DNA of 64,000 nt, from the NCBI GenBank assembly GCA_949358305.1, contig OX442314.1, forward strand, positions 31,186,001-31,250,000, written 5' to 3'. This DNA comes from Strigamia acuminata (taxonomy: Eukaryota). Below the pieces are notes generated by a model. The model saw nothing but the letters and a program-made list of their open reading frames with translations, had not been told where the DNA came from and made no database searches. Every line of letters starts with the position of its first letter. The first letter of the stretch is position 1. This document shows, piece after piece, positions 49,101 through 61,914 of the stretch. Position numbers and translations under genes: made by a program.

Positions 49101-50659
49101 ATTTTTTATTATTTCGTTTACATAATTTTGACTTAAAATTTAAAACTTACATGGGTGGAGAAGTCAAATAACATGTTTCTTAATGAATGGAGTAATCAGC
49201 AAACACTTTGAGTGGAATTGTTATGTATTTAATCAGGTTTACAAGCATCGCCGGGATGGTAAAGAAAAGTCTTTCACCGATTGGTGACTGACCTTCAGAA
49301 CAGAAGTGCTCCAATAAATTCCAAGTAGCCTTCTGCATCCTCCAAACTGCAAACTGCATTTGGAAATAGATGTGACAGGTGTTTCTCGTCGATTATTTCC
49401 ATCAATGGAATGTAGGTATTTCTAAGAATGCCGATCTTTGACACAATTTCTATCGCATTCTCTAGGTTAGGTTGCCTCCTGCCATGTGCGACGCTGGAGG
49501 CCTGGTGGGAGTTCCGGGACGTCGATGAGACGAACTCTGTCGTCCTGGTCTGCCGTTTCTCCTGCCCTCCATTCCACCATACCAATGATCTCCTTCTTGT
49601 CAATAAGAGGACGCACTGTGTGGGCCCCCCAGTGGAAGGCCAAGTTGGCTGCGCGTTTTCCCAACCATCGCCCGAAACAACGTGGACAAACCGATTCCGT
49701 CCAATTCAATCCATTCACGCCCAACACCGATCATCCGAAGTTGGTGGGCGGCATCCTGAGGCAATAATACGATGCCATGTTTTCCTTGCAAACAAGATGT
49801 TATGTTTTCCTAAAAGGCACTGGCTTTTTATTGAAAAACATAGATTATAAACATCTAAACTTGACATTCATTTTTTCCAAACGTGACATTCGGAATGATA
49901 CCGAGTAATCTATTGTGGGGATGTATTATTTTTATAGATCCAGATTTAGATTTCAAAGAAAAATTAAAAAAAATTGAGATGAAATTGTAAAAAAAATTAA
50001 AAAATTTCCAGGTTAATGTTACTTTTTTTTCCAATGGCTGAAATGGATCTGGCTATGATGGAGGGGATTAGTATGGGATTATCTCCCTTCTTCCTTTACT
50101 TCCTTGTATCAAATCCCACTACTTTTTTTTATCAACAAGCATTTTCATTTTTTACTTGACAAAATGGATGTGGTTCTAAACATTGAAAATGATGTTATAA
50201 CAATGCAACAAAACTCGCAGGCTGCTATTGCAATAATGCAACAAACCACGGAGCGTGCTGTTCGGTCAAATAAGGTTTATACAGGTTATACAGGTTATAC
50301 AGATCAATTATGCTCGTTGTTAAACCTTCAAGCACGCGAACAAGCGGCTCATTAATGAGCACTGGCCGCGGCCCGACCACTGTCCCAAGCATGGCCATTG
50401 CCTTGCGCGCTGCCAGTGCAGCATTTCGCTGGTGGATTATTACGACACCTAATAATATGTCTGCTTCAGTCAGTGTGAATAAGTCCTCCGCGGTGAGCTG
50501 AGGATATTCTGGAAGCGGTGGCGGTGGTGGTGGTGATGGTGGCAGTGGCGGTTCCATGTTGCTCTCCTGTGGATGTGGTTGTGGCAGCAGTGGTGGCGGC
50601 TCCACCTGTTCTTCTTCTTGCATTACGGCGGAACGGGCTATGGCGCGATGCTCTTCGTT

Positions 50660-50995
50660 GTTGCATAAAAATCTTCTTCATCCAACTTGTACTCATGTGG
50701 CTCGGAATTTGAAGTCATTTTGATCTTGAATTAAGAAAGATTATTTTCTACTCTCTTCAATTTGTGATAATGGCAAAATTCCAAGAGATTAGCTTCTAAT
50801 TCTTCTGCTCGTTTCTATTTTTCCAGTTGGGGAAAAATATGGAATTCTGTCCTTCGTATGAATGCCTTTATCATTGATCTCCATGATTCTACAGGACCAT
50901 GTTTTTAAGAGTATAGACGCTAATGTCTCTAGCTTTTTCTGTCTTTCTTCTAAGGTTTTACCATCTACTTCTAACTAAAATTCCATGTTATCAAA
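50660..50995 (-). pseudogene. 5' fragment and upstream region of the PC4-like gene (copy 2)
   Basis: MTSNSEPHEYKLDEEDFYAT, then joins an unrelated Pro-rich sequence. Confidence 0.65.
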
Positions 50996-52004
50996 AAATA
51001 ACAAAAATATGAGCGTGGTTGTGTAGGGCAAAAAATAGCCAACCACACAAAGGAATAGAGTTTGACATTTTAAACTATTTTTAAACTATTTTTAACAAAA
51101 ATCGTTCGGCGAACGCCGCCAACTCCGTCTTGAAACTTGCCTCCCGCCATGTGCGACGCTGGAGGTCTGGTGGGAGTTCCGGGACGTCGATGAGACGAAC
51201 TCTGTCGTCCTGGTCTGCCGTTTCTCCCGCCCTCCATGCCACCATACCAATAATCTCCTTCTTGTCAATAAGAGGACGCACTGTGTGGGATACCTCTGAA
51301 TCTGTGATTGAAGGCGTATATTGTAATCTTCATTTTCATTACGCCTTGCTGCATTTTGTTGATGTCCCTGTACTCTGGCAACGGGCACATCTTGTCTTGA
51401 TGACGGACCTGGACGAATTTTATCACCATCATCGTCATTTTGCTTACGTTTATTGTTTGGTGCACTCTCTCGATCCATTTTCTTTGCTTTGCTTTTTTCT
51501 TTGATGTAAAAAGTCGGTATCAGTTGGTGTTTTCCGCTTTTGTTTAATTACCCTGGACGATAAGAAACGATAAGAAACTTATGGGTATACAGCCAACTTA
51601 ACGGTATTTAACTGTATTTCAGGCCTTCCACTCTAGATTCCCACAGGAAATAATTAGAGTCGTTTAGCGGTTCGATGCTCGCCAGGTGTATTATCAAATT
51701 ACTTACCTGCAACTGCTATATATATCGTCTAACGGTGCATCATTGTGCTGACATTTTCTTCTATTGAATAACTAAATAAAATTGAAATAAGATTTTTATT
51801 TAATTTTTTAAACAAACAATGTTACCTTCACTCTATTGTGCAGTTTCTCTCGGCTTGAATTATTGATCGACATATCTGGACGTTGCTCATATCCTTTTTT
51901 TTACTTTAACCACTACAAAGTGCCGAATAGCTCTTGTCGAAGGCAAACAAAGCCAAGAATTAATCAAGTTGAGGTTAGAACTGGCATCAAATCTCTACCC
52001 ATTT

Positions 52005-52284
52005 GAATATATCTGGAAAGTGAAGAAGTTTGCAAACCGTCAAGCTCAGGCAAAATGGCTATAAAATGCGACTAGAACTTTGTCTAAATGTTAATAGTAC
52101 TGGGATGGGTATGCATTTAAGGATTTATCTTCACGTGGTGAAAGGTCCGAACGATGCAATTCTTAAGTGGCCCATTGAGTATTCTGTAAAATTTAGTGTG
52201 TTTGATCAGTTGGGACATAAGGATCATCATCTTCTCCAGTTTCTTGGAGGAACTTCAGGAAAGGTGATCACTTTTACCCAATAA
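52005..52284 (+). pseudogene. TRAF-type MATH domain fragment
   Basis: YIWKVKKF...GYKMRLELCLN...GMHLRIYLHVVKGPNDAILKWP...FSVFDQ. Confidence 0.8.
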
Positions 52285-52960
52285 AAAGGGTCTAAACATG
52301 GAATTTACATCAAGTGTCTTACCTTGATTTGAAGTAATTTGGTGGTCTACAAATCCAACTGTATTTTCCAGGATTCATTTTCCTTGGCAAACAGGACAGC
52401 ACATGTTGGATGGTTGAGAGCAGACTGAGAAGCAAAAGCAACTTTTTTCCACGGAATGATGTCACTTCCTGCACTCACTTTGAAAACAAGGTGTCCCATT
52501 GCTAGCCAAGACAATGGGGATCGAAGTCCAATGGAGACTCATCTCAAATCCAAAAATAGACTCAGTGTTTATCACAAGAATATTTTCTCACACATTAAAT
52601 ATAACTATTTAGAAGTTTTAATAAACTATTTACTGACACTAAAATCTCACTTAAAAATTAACTTTTCCAGTAAAAAATTGGCACAACGGATGGACAACGC
52701 TCATGTACATGAAGGGCAGCTTCTCTTTATTTCATCCATTTGCTGAAACTCAACTTATTCTTCCGTGTACACTAGGGGCAATGCCTTGTCTTTTGGCTTT
52801 GCTGCCACAATAGGTGAATCCTTTGGCTTGAAGCCTCTTCTTTTTTTCCCTCAGTTTCCATTGTTGGTAGGGAAAGAGGAGGGGATGAAACGTTTACAGT
52901 AGGCGCAACAATCTTCCCTTTGACTTCATTACTTACCGGTAATCCCTTTAATATTATTAA

Positions 52961-53180
52961 ATTTTTTGGTCTTTCCATGCTTTCTTGTTGCTGGTAGAAC
53001 AATCACAAGTGAATCCACTGACTTCTGCCCCAACATGGTGTAATTGTATGATGACTTGCAGTAAATATTTTGGTGAAACATCACCTGGTGTGGCATTTTG
53101 TGAAGCAAAATGCAGCCACTGGTTGCTGACACTCTGTGTTTAGACAGACAAAAATAAATACTAATGCATGATTGGCATAC
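52961..53180 (-). repeat. Copy of 58326-58563, including a P-element transposase piece
   Basis: Direct repeat; ANHALVFIF motif. Confidence 0.8.
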
Positions 53181-53300
53181 TAGGCATGAGAATGGGACCG
53201 GGATAGACCCGGTCCTGGTCCCACAGCGGGACACGGGACAGGTCGGGGCCTGAAATATTCTAAATTGTGGGACACGGGACGGGTTCCGTTCTCATGCCTA
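53181..53300. mobile_element. 120-bp hAT-like MITE
   Basis: TIRs TAGGCATGAGAATGG / CCGTTCTCATGCCTA and internal GGGACACGGGAC repeats; no 8-bp TSD. Confidence 0.7.
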
Positions 53301-53465
53301 TTAAATACGTTTCAGGAATACATCAAACTAAGTATTGATAGTAATAATTACAGCAAATTTGTATGAAAAAAATATTAAGATAACATGCAATTTAAAGAAA
53401 AGGCTAAAATGAATTCTTTACTCCAGAATGCCCAATCCTTGGCTCATCTCGAAGCCTTCGTCTTT

Positions 53466-54320
53466 ATCATCAATGCAGGATTTCGTTCTCTTGATCAACG
53501 GTTCATCTTTGATTTTGTATGGTCTGCCTCTCTTCTTCTCCAATGCTGGAGTTTTTTCTTCTGGCTTTGACTTCTTAAACTTTATCGCTTGTTTGGAAAC
53601 AGCTTCCTAAACCTTGTTGTATTTCTTTTCAGCTAAAAGCTGAGTTAACTTAACTCCAACTGATGTTCAGTCGGAGTCTGACGAGCGTCTTGAACTCGTT
53701 AAAGTTCAAAACGATTTGCTTTTTGTCAAACTATAACGAGAAACAAATAATATTATAATCAAATAAATAATAATAATAAAGGACTTATGCTTTTCCCAAT
53801 TAAGAAGAATATGCGCCATTCTAGCTTCTGGATTTCAATGAAGGTCCCTCTGACCAAAAGTTATGCTTATATTAGCCGAATCGGTTTTGCATTTTGTTGC
53901 AGCTTGCTTAATTTCTGACCAGCACTGAACAAAACACTCCCATATGTATTCATTAAACGCCAAACCGTCCCTTCAAATTTGGTCACAGTTGCATAAAAAT
54001 CTTCTTCATCCAATTTGTACTCATGTGGATGGGAATTTGAAGTCATTTTGATCTTGAATTAAGAAAGATTATTTACTACTCTCTTCAATTTGTGATGATG
54101 GCAAAATTCCAAGAGATTAGCTTCTAATTCTTCTGCACGTTTACATTTTTCCAGTTGGGAAAAATATGGAATTGTGTCCTTCGTATGAATGCCTTTATGA
54201 TTCTACCGGACCATCTTTTTATGAGTATAGACGCTAATGTCTCTAGCTTTTTCTGTCTTTATTGTAAGGTTTTACTGTCTACTTCTAAATAAAATTCCAT
54301 GTTATCAAAAAATAATAAAA
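53466..54320 (-). pseudogene. PC4-like gene copy 3 with internal deletion
   Basis: Aligns with ~44205-45030; ATG at 54046; the KILVHLRHY segment is deleted. Confidence 0.65.
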
Positions 54321-55309
54321 ACTCTACTTTATAAAACAAAACTTCTGGTCTCATCCTGATTGGCAAGGGCCTCTGATGGCTGATTCATTGTCAAAGATGT
54401 CGTCTCAGAAGTCGTCCGGCCCGGCAGGATCCAGAGCGGGTTGTGGAATCGAGTACCAATACCCCAACTCCTCGCTGAAATCCTGCCACTAACCCTGGTT
54501 CACGTCCGTCACCGAAACGTATTGGTGGGTCGCAACCAGCAGAGGTTCCTCCCACACACGAACCGGAAGGCATCCTAAGAAAATAGTAATTGGCCATGTT
54601 TTCTTTTGTAAAGAAAATGTTGTTTCATAAAAGGCACTGGCTTTTTTTTATTGAAAAAACATATGATAAACAGGAAGCGAGTTGATATTTCACACATGGA
54701 AATGTCACATCAGCTCCAGGAAATGTTTTTGACATTTTAAGGCACAACTTCATTTCAACCTTTAAATGAAAAGAGAAGTTTTGCAAGTTTCAGGGAGTGC
54801 GGGAGAAATCGAAGTCACTTTGGATGTCGTCCATCATCTCGTTGTTGTTGAAAGCACAAAGAAACTTGGGGTCCGTTAAACTTAATACTAGGTGAACTGT
54901 CACATTTGAAAAAAGACATGTTGCAGGTTTTACATGCAAGTCAGGAATGAACTTTGAGACCAAAGCCGGAAACGAAAAACTGTTACGGGCAAGTTTGAAC
55001 TTGTTACAAACACCAGAAAAATACAGGAAAGAGATAAAACGGTTACAATCGAAATTGTTTCAGAAACCATTTTTTGAAATAAAGACATTCAAGTTTCGGA
55101 CAAGTTTCGGCCTGTTGCGTAACTGTAGTGAGCGCCGTCTGGTGGGTTTTTGAAGAATTAAAGGTGTAAACAGAGCAGGAAGATGCAGCCGATTAACGGT
55201 GTGATTCAGCCCGCGTGACACTAATTTTCCTCAGTCCTTTCTTGTTTTGTTGGAAATTTTGAAAATTTGAGCATAGGTTCCCCACTCCTTCAGGGTCCAG
55301 AGTCGTTGA

Positions 55310-55700
55310 TCAACTGAAAAAATTCTGAAAATGTGCAATTTTTCCTTTTTTGATGTATTTGTGCAAGTCACAAATCACGTTAAAATCGTGCTCATCGTAC
55401 AAATCACAAAACTTTGGGCAACTGTAATCTTCCAAATTCAGAGAGGGAATCCCACATGCAGTTAACACATCTTTTTCCACATGGCCACCTTTGTATGCTA
55501 TGATTTCACATCCAAATTCCACCTTACATGTTCTGTGTAAAGACTTCAAAACATCATACACTTTTGATTGTGGATAATCGTGGAAACTGTTTTCAAATCC
55601 CATACCATGAATATTTTGAGTCAGCCAACTCGCACATTTTCTAACTTTGGGATCCAAATCTGAATATTTTCCTACTTGAAACGTACAGTGTCCCCAGATC
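55310..55700 (-). pseudogene. Fragment of a Cys/His-rich putative DEDD-type nuclease of a kind recalled from Maverick/Polinton elements
   Basis: WLTQNIHGM...IAYKGGHVEK...NLEDYSCP...CDLH pattern; N-terminus missing; assignment from recall only. Confidence 0.45.
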
Positions 55701-56258
55701 ATAATGGCACAACTACATGTCTCTCTCGAAAAGTATATGGGGGCTAATAAATCCAACTCTCGACCTCCCGTAGTAGCCCCGGACCACGTTTCAGTGGTCA
55801 AACGAGAGCTCTGGTTACTTACTAGATACCTGGGATCGATCTCAACTTCACACGAACTTCTTCTCGTCACTTAATATATCCCAAATTGGTCTAATCTCTG
55901 ACAACTGCGGTACAAACTTTCCTAAATGGTTCATAAGCCCCAATAATTGGCTTACCCCGAAACCGAAATCCATCCCTGTGAAATCTTTTTTTGTTTATCC
56001 ATTTCTCTTTGAGGTGACTTTCTCAATTTCTGTTTGCCAACGTTTCTCGAATTTTCGAAATTGGTTGAATTCCTATTTGCCTCTGGTCACTTTGTGACAA
56101 ATATTGCATTCGCAATATAACACGGTGGTTGGCTTCCTCGTGATCTGTTAGGCTGTGTGGTAAAAGCCTTTTTCAACAGTCCCAGCCATTACTAAACGAT
56201 GCATCAGAAAAATGATAAATGATAAAAAGCGATTAAGACAGTAAGCTTTTTTTTACAA

Positions 56259-56640
56259 TCATGCCCGTGCTTATTGTTTCTATCAAATGAAATAATGCTA
56301 GAAAATGTCGAGCGACCAGTCAGAATACCAATTACTGATCCAATATAAGAAAACAGTTTTCTCAGTGGTACCATTGTAAAGTGTGCACTGGTTATGTAAC
56401 TAGGTATACTCAAATATTTTATACGTTGAGTTTTTCTAAGCCGTAGCAAATTAAGCTGTAGGCACGTCCCTTTTTAATTTGTCGTTCGATTCTTCTCTCC
56501 AGGATGCATGGGCTTCAATTCTAAAGTCTAATCATACAAGAAATAACCAGTGGTCGTGGTGGTGTAATAAAACCTTAATTTTGCTTTCCATTGGTTGTAG
56601 TTGTCATGGTTCAACAAATTACTTTGTTTTGAAAATATGT
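56259..56640 (-). pseudogene. DEG/ENaC TM2-like fragment (copy 2)
   Basis: Diverged direct repeat of 47824-48190. Confidence 0.5.
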
Positions 56641-58465
56641 AACCACATACCGGTACAATACTAATTGTACAAATTGTAAATGCTACACATCGAACTCTCG
56701 AATGCAGGCTTACAATGCCGTATATAGATACAGTATCGAAGATAAATCAAAAGAAAAAAAAAACGAACAATAGAAAATATAACATGACCAGTAAGTAATC
56801 AGAGCTCTCGCTTGCCCACTGAAACGAGTTCAGTGGTCCGGGGATGTCGAGAGTTGTAAGCTGTAAGCCATTAGCCCAAAAACATGGGATTGCGATAGGG
56901 TAAATAACGGCGGAACCGATGATATTTCTATAAATAAACCTACAGTATCACGCCGTCGCCAAACACTACTACTGGTATAAACTCGAAAAAAAAAACACTT
57001 TGAAATTTTTTTGCGACAGATACTTTGTACTTTACGAACATAAATATACAAAGTATTGGTAAAGTATTGGTTTTGTTTTACAAGCGGAGGGGGGGGGGGA
57101 AATCTGTACTCACCGTTAATACTGTAGATGAAACTTACCGTGACAGTTGTGAATCCAGCGATGACTCGCAGTCGCTACAGTTGTGCTGATTTTCTTGCAA
57201 TTTCTTGTCTTAGAACCCTCCGACGGTTGCGCGATAAATCCATTGCAAAAGAGAAGCGGCGGTCTTTCACTCGCTCGGACTCTCACCACAGAATGCTCTC
57301 ACGGTCGGGAGGTACCAATATGAATTCTGGGAAATAGTTAGTGTGGGAATGTTGCCGAGTAAGCTTTCATTGGCTAGCCAGCAGCAGCGATGGATCGTCG
57401 TTGCAAAGCTGTCTTCCGATAACCTCCAAATTTGTCCAACATTCAAAGCTGAAAGAACAAAATTGTACAATTTCATTAGTTCTTCATTTTCTATCGCCCA
57501 TAAAAAGTCATTATAAAAGTCAACACAAGAACTCGTGTTTCTTTCGATGTTCAAAGTCAATCGAGTTAAGGTTGCAGGAACAGCCCATCGTCTTAGTCCA
57601 TCTTCAAGAATGACGATTAAAAGTAAAAGCAGCTTTTGAGATTGTGATACACTAACATGAGGAATTAACTTTGGTGATATAAACCATCCAATTTTGCACA
57701 CTCTTGCAATATGGCACATCTTCAATATCAGTTTACAAATGTCATCATCAATCTCAGCTTTTCTCCCTCGACATCGGTGTTCCACTGGCAATATGCGTGT
57801 GTAAATCTGATCCGCTATCCTGGTGATGGACTTTGGACTTCGGATATAACAAAGATTATTTGTTTCTTGATAAAAATTCCTCGCACAGACTGAGAAATTT
57901 TTTTATCTATTGACATGCTCTTTATGACACGTGTAAAACTCAAAACTTATTAGACCATCTTGGAGGATTTCCAGAACAATAGTGATTAGGTTTTGACACA
58001 TTGACAGTGTTTCTGATGGAAAACGGTTTGGTGAAATTATCCACTCATTTTCGCATGTGTTTAAAATATAACACAGATTTAAAATGTTTTGATAAATATC
58101 ATTAAAGTAAAACTTACCACCATAACTTATTGCTTCTCCTTGATATTGAAAATATTTTTAGTAAATATTAAACAATTTATTTTATATTTAGTGGTTAAGG
58201 GTATCTTACCACTGCTAATTTTTTTTATCTAAAATTTGTTTCTTATACATTTTATTATGTGAACAACATCTCCAAAAGCATATATTTTTTATTTTTGTCA
58301 ACTTGGTGTGGGAGAAAATTACTAAATTTTTTGGTCTTTCCAGAAATAGAAAGTGCACTCCATGCTTTCTTGTTGCTGGTAGAACCATCACAAGTGAATC
58401 CACTGACTTCTGCCCCAACATGATGTAATTGTATGATGCCTTGTAGTAAATTTTTTGCTGAAACA

Positions 58466-58745
58466 TCATCTGGTGTGGCATTTTGTGAAGCAAAATTCAG
58501 CCACTAGTTGCTTACACTCTTTGCTTAGACAGACAAAAATAAATACTAATGCATGATTGGCATATTCACATTTTTGATTTTCTGGAGTGTGTTCACCCAA
58601 ATTTACAAATCCATGAAATTTGAATGTTGATTTCTTGAAATTCAAAGTTTTAGATAATTTGGTTTCATCAAAAATCAAAATTCCTTTTCTTTTTTCTTCA
58701 GGCTCACCTTCAAATTCCTCTCTTATAGCCTCTGTGGCAATGTGG
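58466..58745 (-). mobile_element. P-element/THAP9-type transposase fragment
   Basis: GILIFDETKL...GFVNLG...ANHALVFIF...KQLVAEF. Confidence 0.85.
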
Positions 58746-59049
58746 TTTTTATAACTCGGTGGAAAATGAACTTAAAATAAGGCAAACACATAAAAATGGA
58801 AATAAGAAAGAACAAAGTTTATTTGAATTCTACTCTCTAATATTAATTGAAAAGAAAAATTATTTCATTTGCTTTTACCATTGAAAAGCTGGTTCACACC
58901 AAAAAGTTCTATAATATACATAAATGATATTTGAAATAACAAACCAAATATCATGATAAACTAACCAATCACTACACTAACTAGCTAACATTTCAGTATT
59001 TCTATCCAACACAAAGGGACAAATACACTCACATTTCTCTGCAAATGTT

Positions 59050-60590
59050 CAGGATGGGGCGTTTGTCCACTATCTCGGTTTCTGCTACTGCTATTATCTC
59101 GCTTTTGCGATGAGAAAAGAGACCCAAGTCACATCATTTTCGGGTTTCCTCGTGCGTAATCAGACTGTTTTCGCAGTAATTCATCACGAGCTCTCTGCTC
59201 TTCTGGTGGTAAATACTTTGCGTAGCGATCATCAATATACATCTGATTATCACGCATGAATTGGGCTAATTTCTCGAATGAACTTGCCATTGGAGCAACC
59301 ACCATAGTCAACACCTTTTCAGAGAATTCTGTTAGCCCCAGTCGAAATTATCTATCGGCTGGGAAATCGCCAACATAATTTGGCAAACTGTTTATTAGCT
59401 CTTCCGTTCGACGCAAATATGATCGCAGATCCTCTCCCAGCATCTGTTGCAGATCCTCTCCCAGCATCTGTTGCAGATTATCCCAGTAGCTTAAGAGAGT
59501 CGCGTGTGATTCTCCGTATTCTTTCATGAATTCTCTGACGAAAGCATCCCAATGTGGAAATTGATGTTCATAAAACCAATTTGCGGCCCCTCCCGTCAGC
59601 ATTTTAGGAATTATCTTTTTTAATGCGTCGTAAGGATCTACCTCGTGGCATCTGACGACTTGCATAACTTCGTCTAAGAATTGTGTTCCTGCACGCCAAG
59701 AACCGTCAAACGTATCTGCAGTTATTCAGTCCCATTTGATTTGACTTGTTGCGGCGTAACAATGTATCCAGCTTGACGTACAGTACTTTCGAATTTGTTT
59801 CTGTAGGACTTCTTCCATTTCTTGTGATCTGGACGGAATTTTTGATAGACGTTTGTCGATCTGCCTTTCAATATATTCCTGCCACTGCATCGCGTTATCC
59901 GTTGTACCAGGAACATTAGCAGATGGTGGTGTGTCTCTGTGTCGAGAATAATCGAATCGTTCTTGTTGATTTCCACTACGACCCGCGTAATTGGCGTTAT
60001 TGCGCTGGAAACGATCAGATTCAGAATATTTCCAGTCTTCTTGTTGATATCTCGATCTGGTCGGAGAATTTGCACGTTGTCTGTTCCACTCCTGTTGACG
60101 TGCATAATCGTCTTGTTGACGTGAGTATTCTTCATGTCGTGATTCATCACGTCCACACGAGTCTCCTTTAAGTCTTGAGTATTCGTCATAGTGTGATCCC
60201 TCTCTCTGGCTGTGACGATACTCTTCTTCTCGACGTGGGTCGTTGCTGTAACGATATCCATCTCCATGATGTCTATCATCACCTTGACGATTCCTCTGAC
60301 GCTGTTCATCATTACGATAATATTCGTCTCTTCGTGCTCTTCTCTTTGGCGCTCGTCAGCGCGACGTTGCTCGTCTGCTCGACGTTGTTCGTCCGCTCGA
60401 CGTTGTTCGTCCGCTCGACGTTGTTCGTCTGCTCGACGTTGTTTGTCATTATGATGCCACTCGTCTCTTTGACGTTGTTCGTGATATTGCGGCGATCCGG
60501 GTTTTCACTTGCCAAATTAAGTAAACTTAACAAGTTATCACCGTCGAGATGCCGTTTAGGACTTCTACTCTGTGGCCAAATGGTTGTCTA
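59050..60590 (-). mobile_element. gag: Degenerate Gypsy-type gag
   Basis: FDGS...LTGGAANWF...WDAFVREFMKEY...Q..GEDLRSY capsid pattern with in-frame stops, preceded by an Arg/Glu-rich region. Confidence 0.75.
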
Positions 60591-61579
60591 GGGGAATGAT
60601 TTTAAACACAAAGTAAAGGAATAATACGATTGCTTTAATTGTCCAAATATACAAGATGAATATGATGCAAAATAGTGGTAATAACTGGGTCGATCTGGCT
60701 TTTCTTCGAATATACACTCACAGTTAACGGTTGGCTCCAAGATGGCGTCGATGGCGTCGTGTGAGCGCGGATTTTGGCAGAGTAAACTCTATGCCAAAAA
60801 CCTAACTTCAAATACACCTAAAATTCCCGTGGAGCACGCTCGACACGAGAATATGTCTTATACACAGCGACTCGATTATTACGGAGCAAGTTCGACGTAA
60901 CAATCCGTCTACACACAGTTCGCTTTGTGGAGTAAACTCAACACAAAGCACTTCAAACTAACAGAACAAGCTCAATGTTAGTTTCACACAGAAAATGGCT
61001 TAAATCACACTTAGTGATGTAAGCAGAAAGGCGCTATTCCGTACAGTTGGTACAGACCAGCAATGAGTCTCAATTTGTCCAATATCACAGATCACACTTA
61101 GCAAGTTTGGGCATAAGTTTGACACGGTTGTGAACAGTTTGGAAGTGGAATCAAGAGTGCGGGAAAAGTGGGCCAAAACCGTTTGGCTCACTCCGAAATC
61201 TGCTCAGTAAAGCTGCGCAGATGACGAGTTGCGCTTAGATCACACACGGCCGCCTTCGGGTTGTGTGCAACAATTGAGCCAGGCACGTGCGAGAGGAGGG
61301 GATGCTCCGCCCAGGCATGCGCCAGCAGCATCATCAAAGCAATGCATGCCGCAGCGTGATTGGTTGACGCTGTTGCTGGGCCAAAACTTGCTGCAAAACA
61401 CAATATTATTTACGTAATATTGTGTCTCAATTTAAACTATGGCAGTATATGTTTTATTTCAACTTACATTGAAATAGAACATAGATTAATATTTGATCTA
61501 GATTTTAAGATGATTTGAAAATATGGTGCTCACTCAAATAAGAATATTTGAAGTCACCACAATATCCATAATGATATTC

Positions 61580-61770
61580 GTCTTTTTGACGACGGTGTTC
61601 GTCCTCCTGACGACTTTGCTCGTCTTTTTGACGGCGGTGTTCGTCTTTTTGACGGCGGTGCTTGTCTTCTTGACGGCGGCGCTCGTCTTCTTGACGGCGG
61701 CGCTCGTCTTCTTGACGGCGGCGCTTGTCTTCTTGACGGTGGCGCTCGTCTTCTTGACGGCAGTGTTCAG
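61580..61770 (-). repeat. 21-bp coding-like tandem repeat (RRQEDER), about 9 copies
   Basis: CGCCGTCAAGAAGACGAGCGC-type units. Confidence 0.85.
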
Positions 61771-61914
61771 TGTACACTTTTGGATATGGTTTGCTTGATT
61801 TTTAGTAGAATGTTCCTAGTGGTTTTAGGAAAATCTCTTGATGGGCCATACTTTTGGTTGGGTTTTTGAAATAGGCTGAATAATGGTCCTGAAGTGGCAC
61901 AACTGAATGCACCT

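Noticed and set aside
50225..50623. Pro-rich 132-aa ORF
   Set aside because: Low complexity and joined to a PC4 fragment; no product can be supported.
57267..57791. 174-aa ORF
   Set aside because: No recognisable motif or gene structure; left uncalled.
40350..61770. Common origin for several 21-bp-period repeats
   Set aside because: The unit sequences are unrelated.
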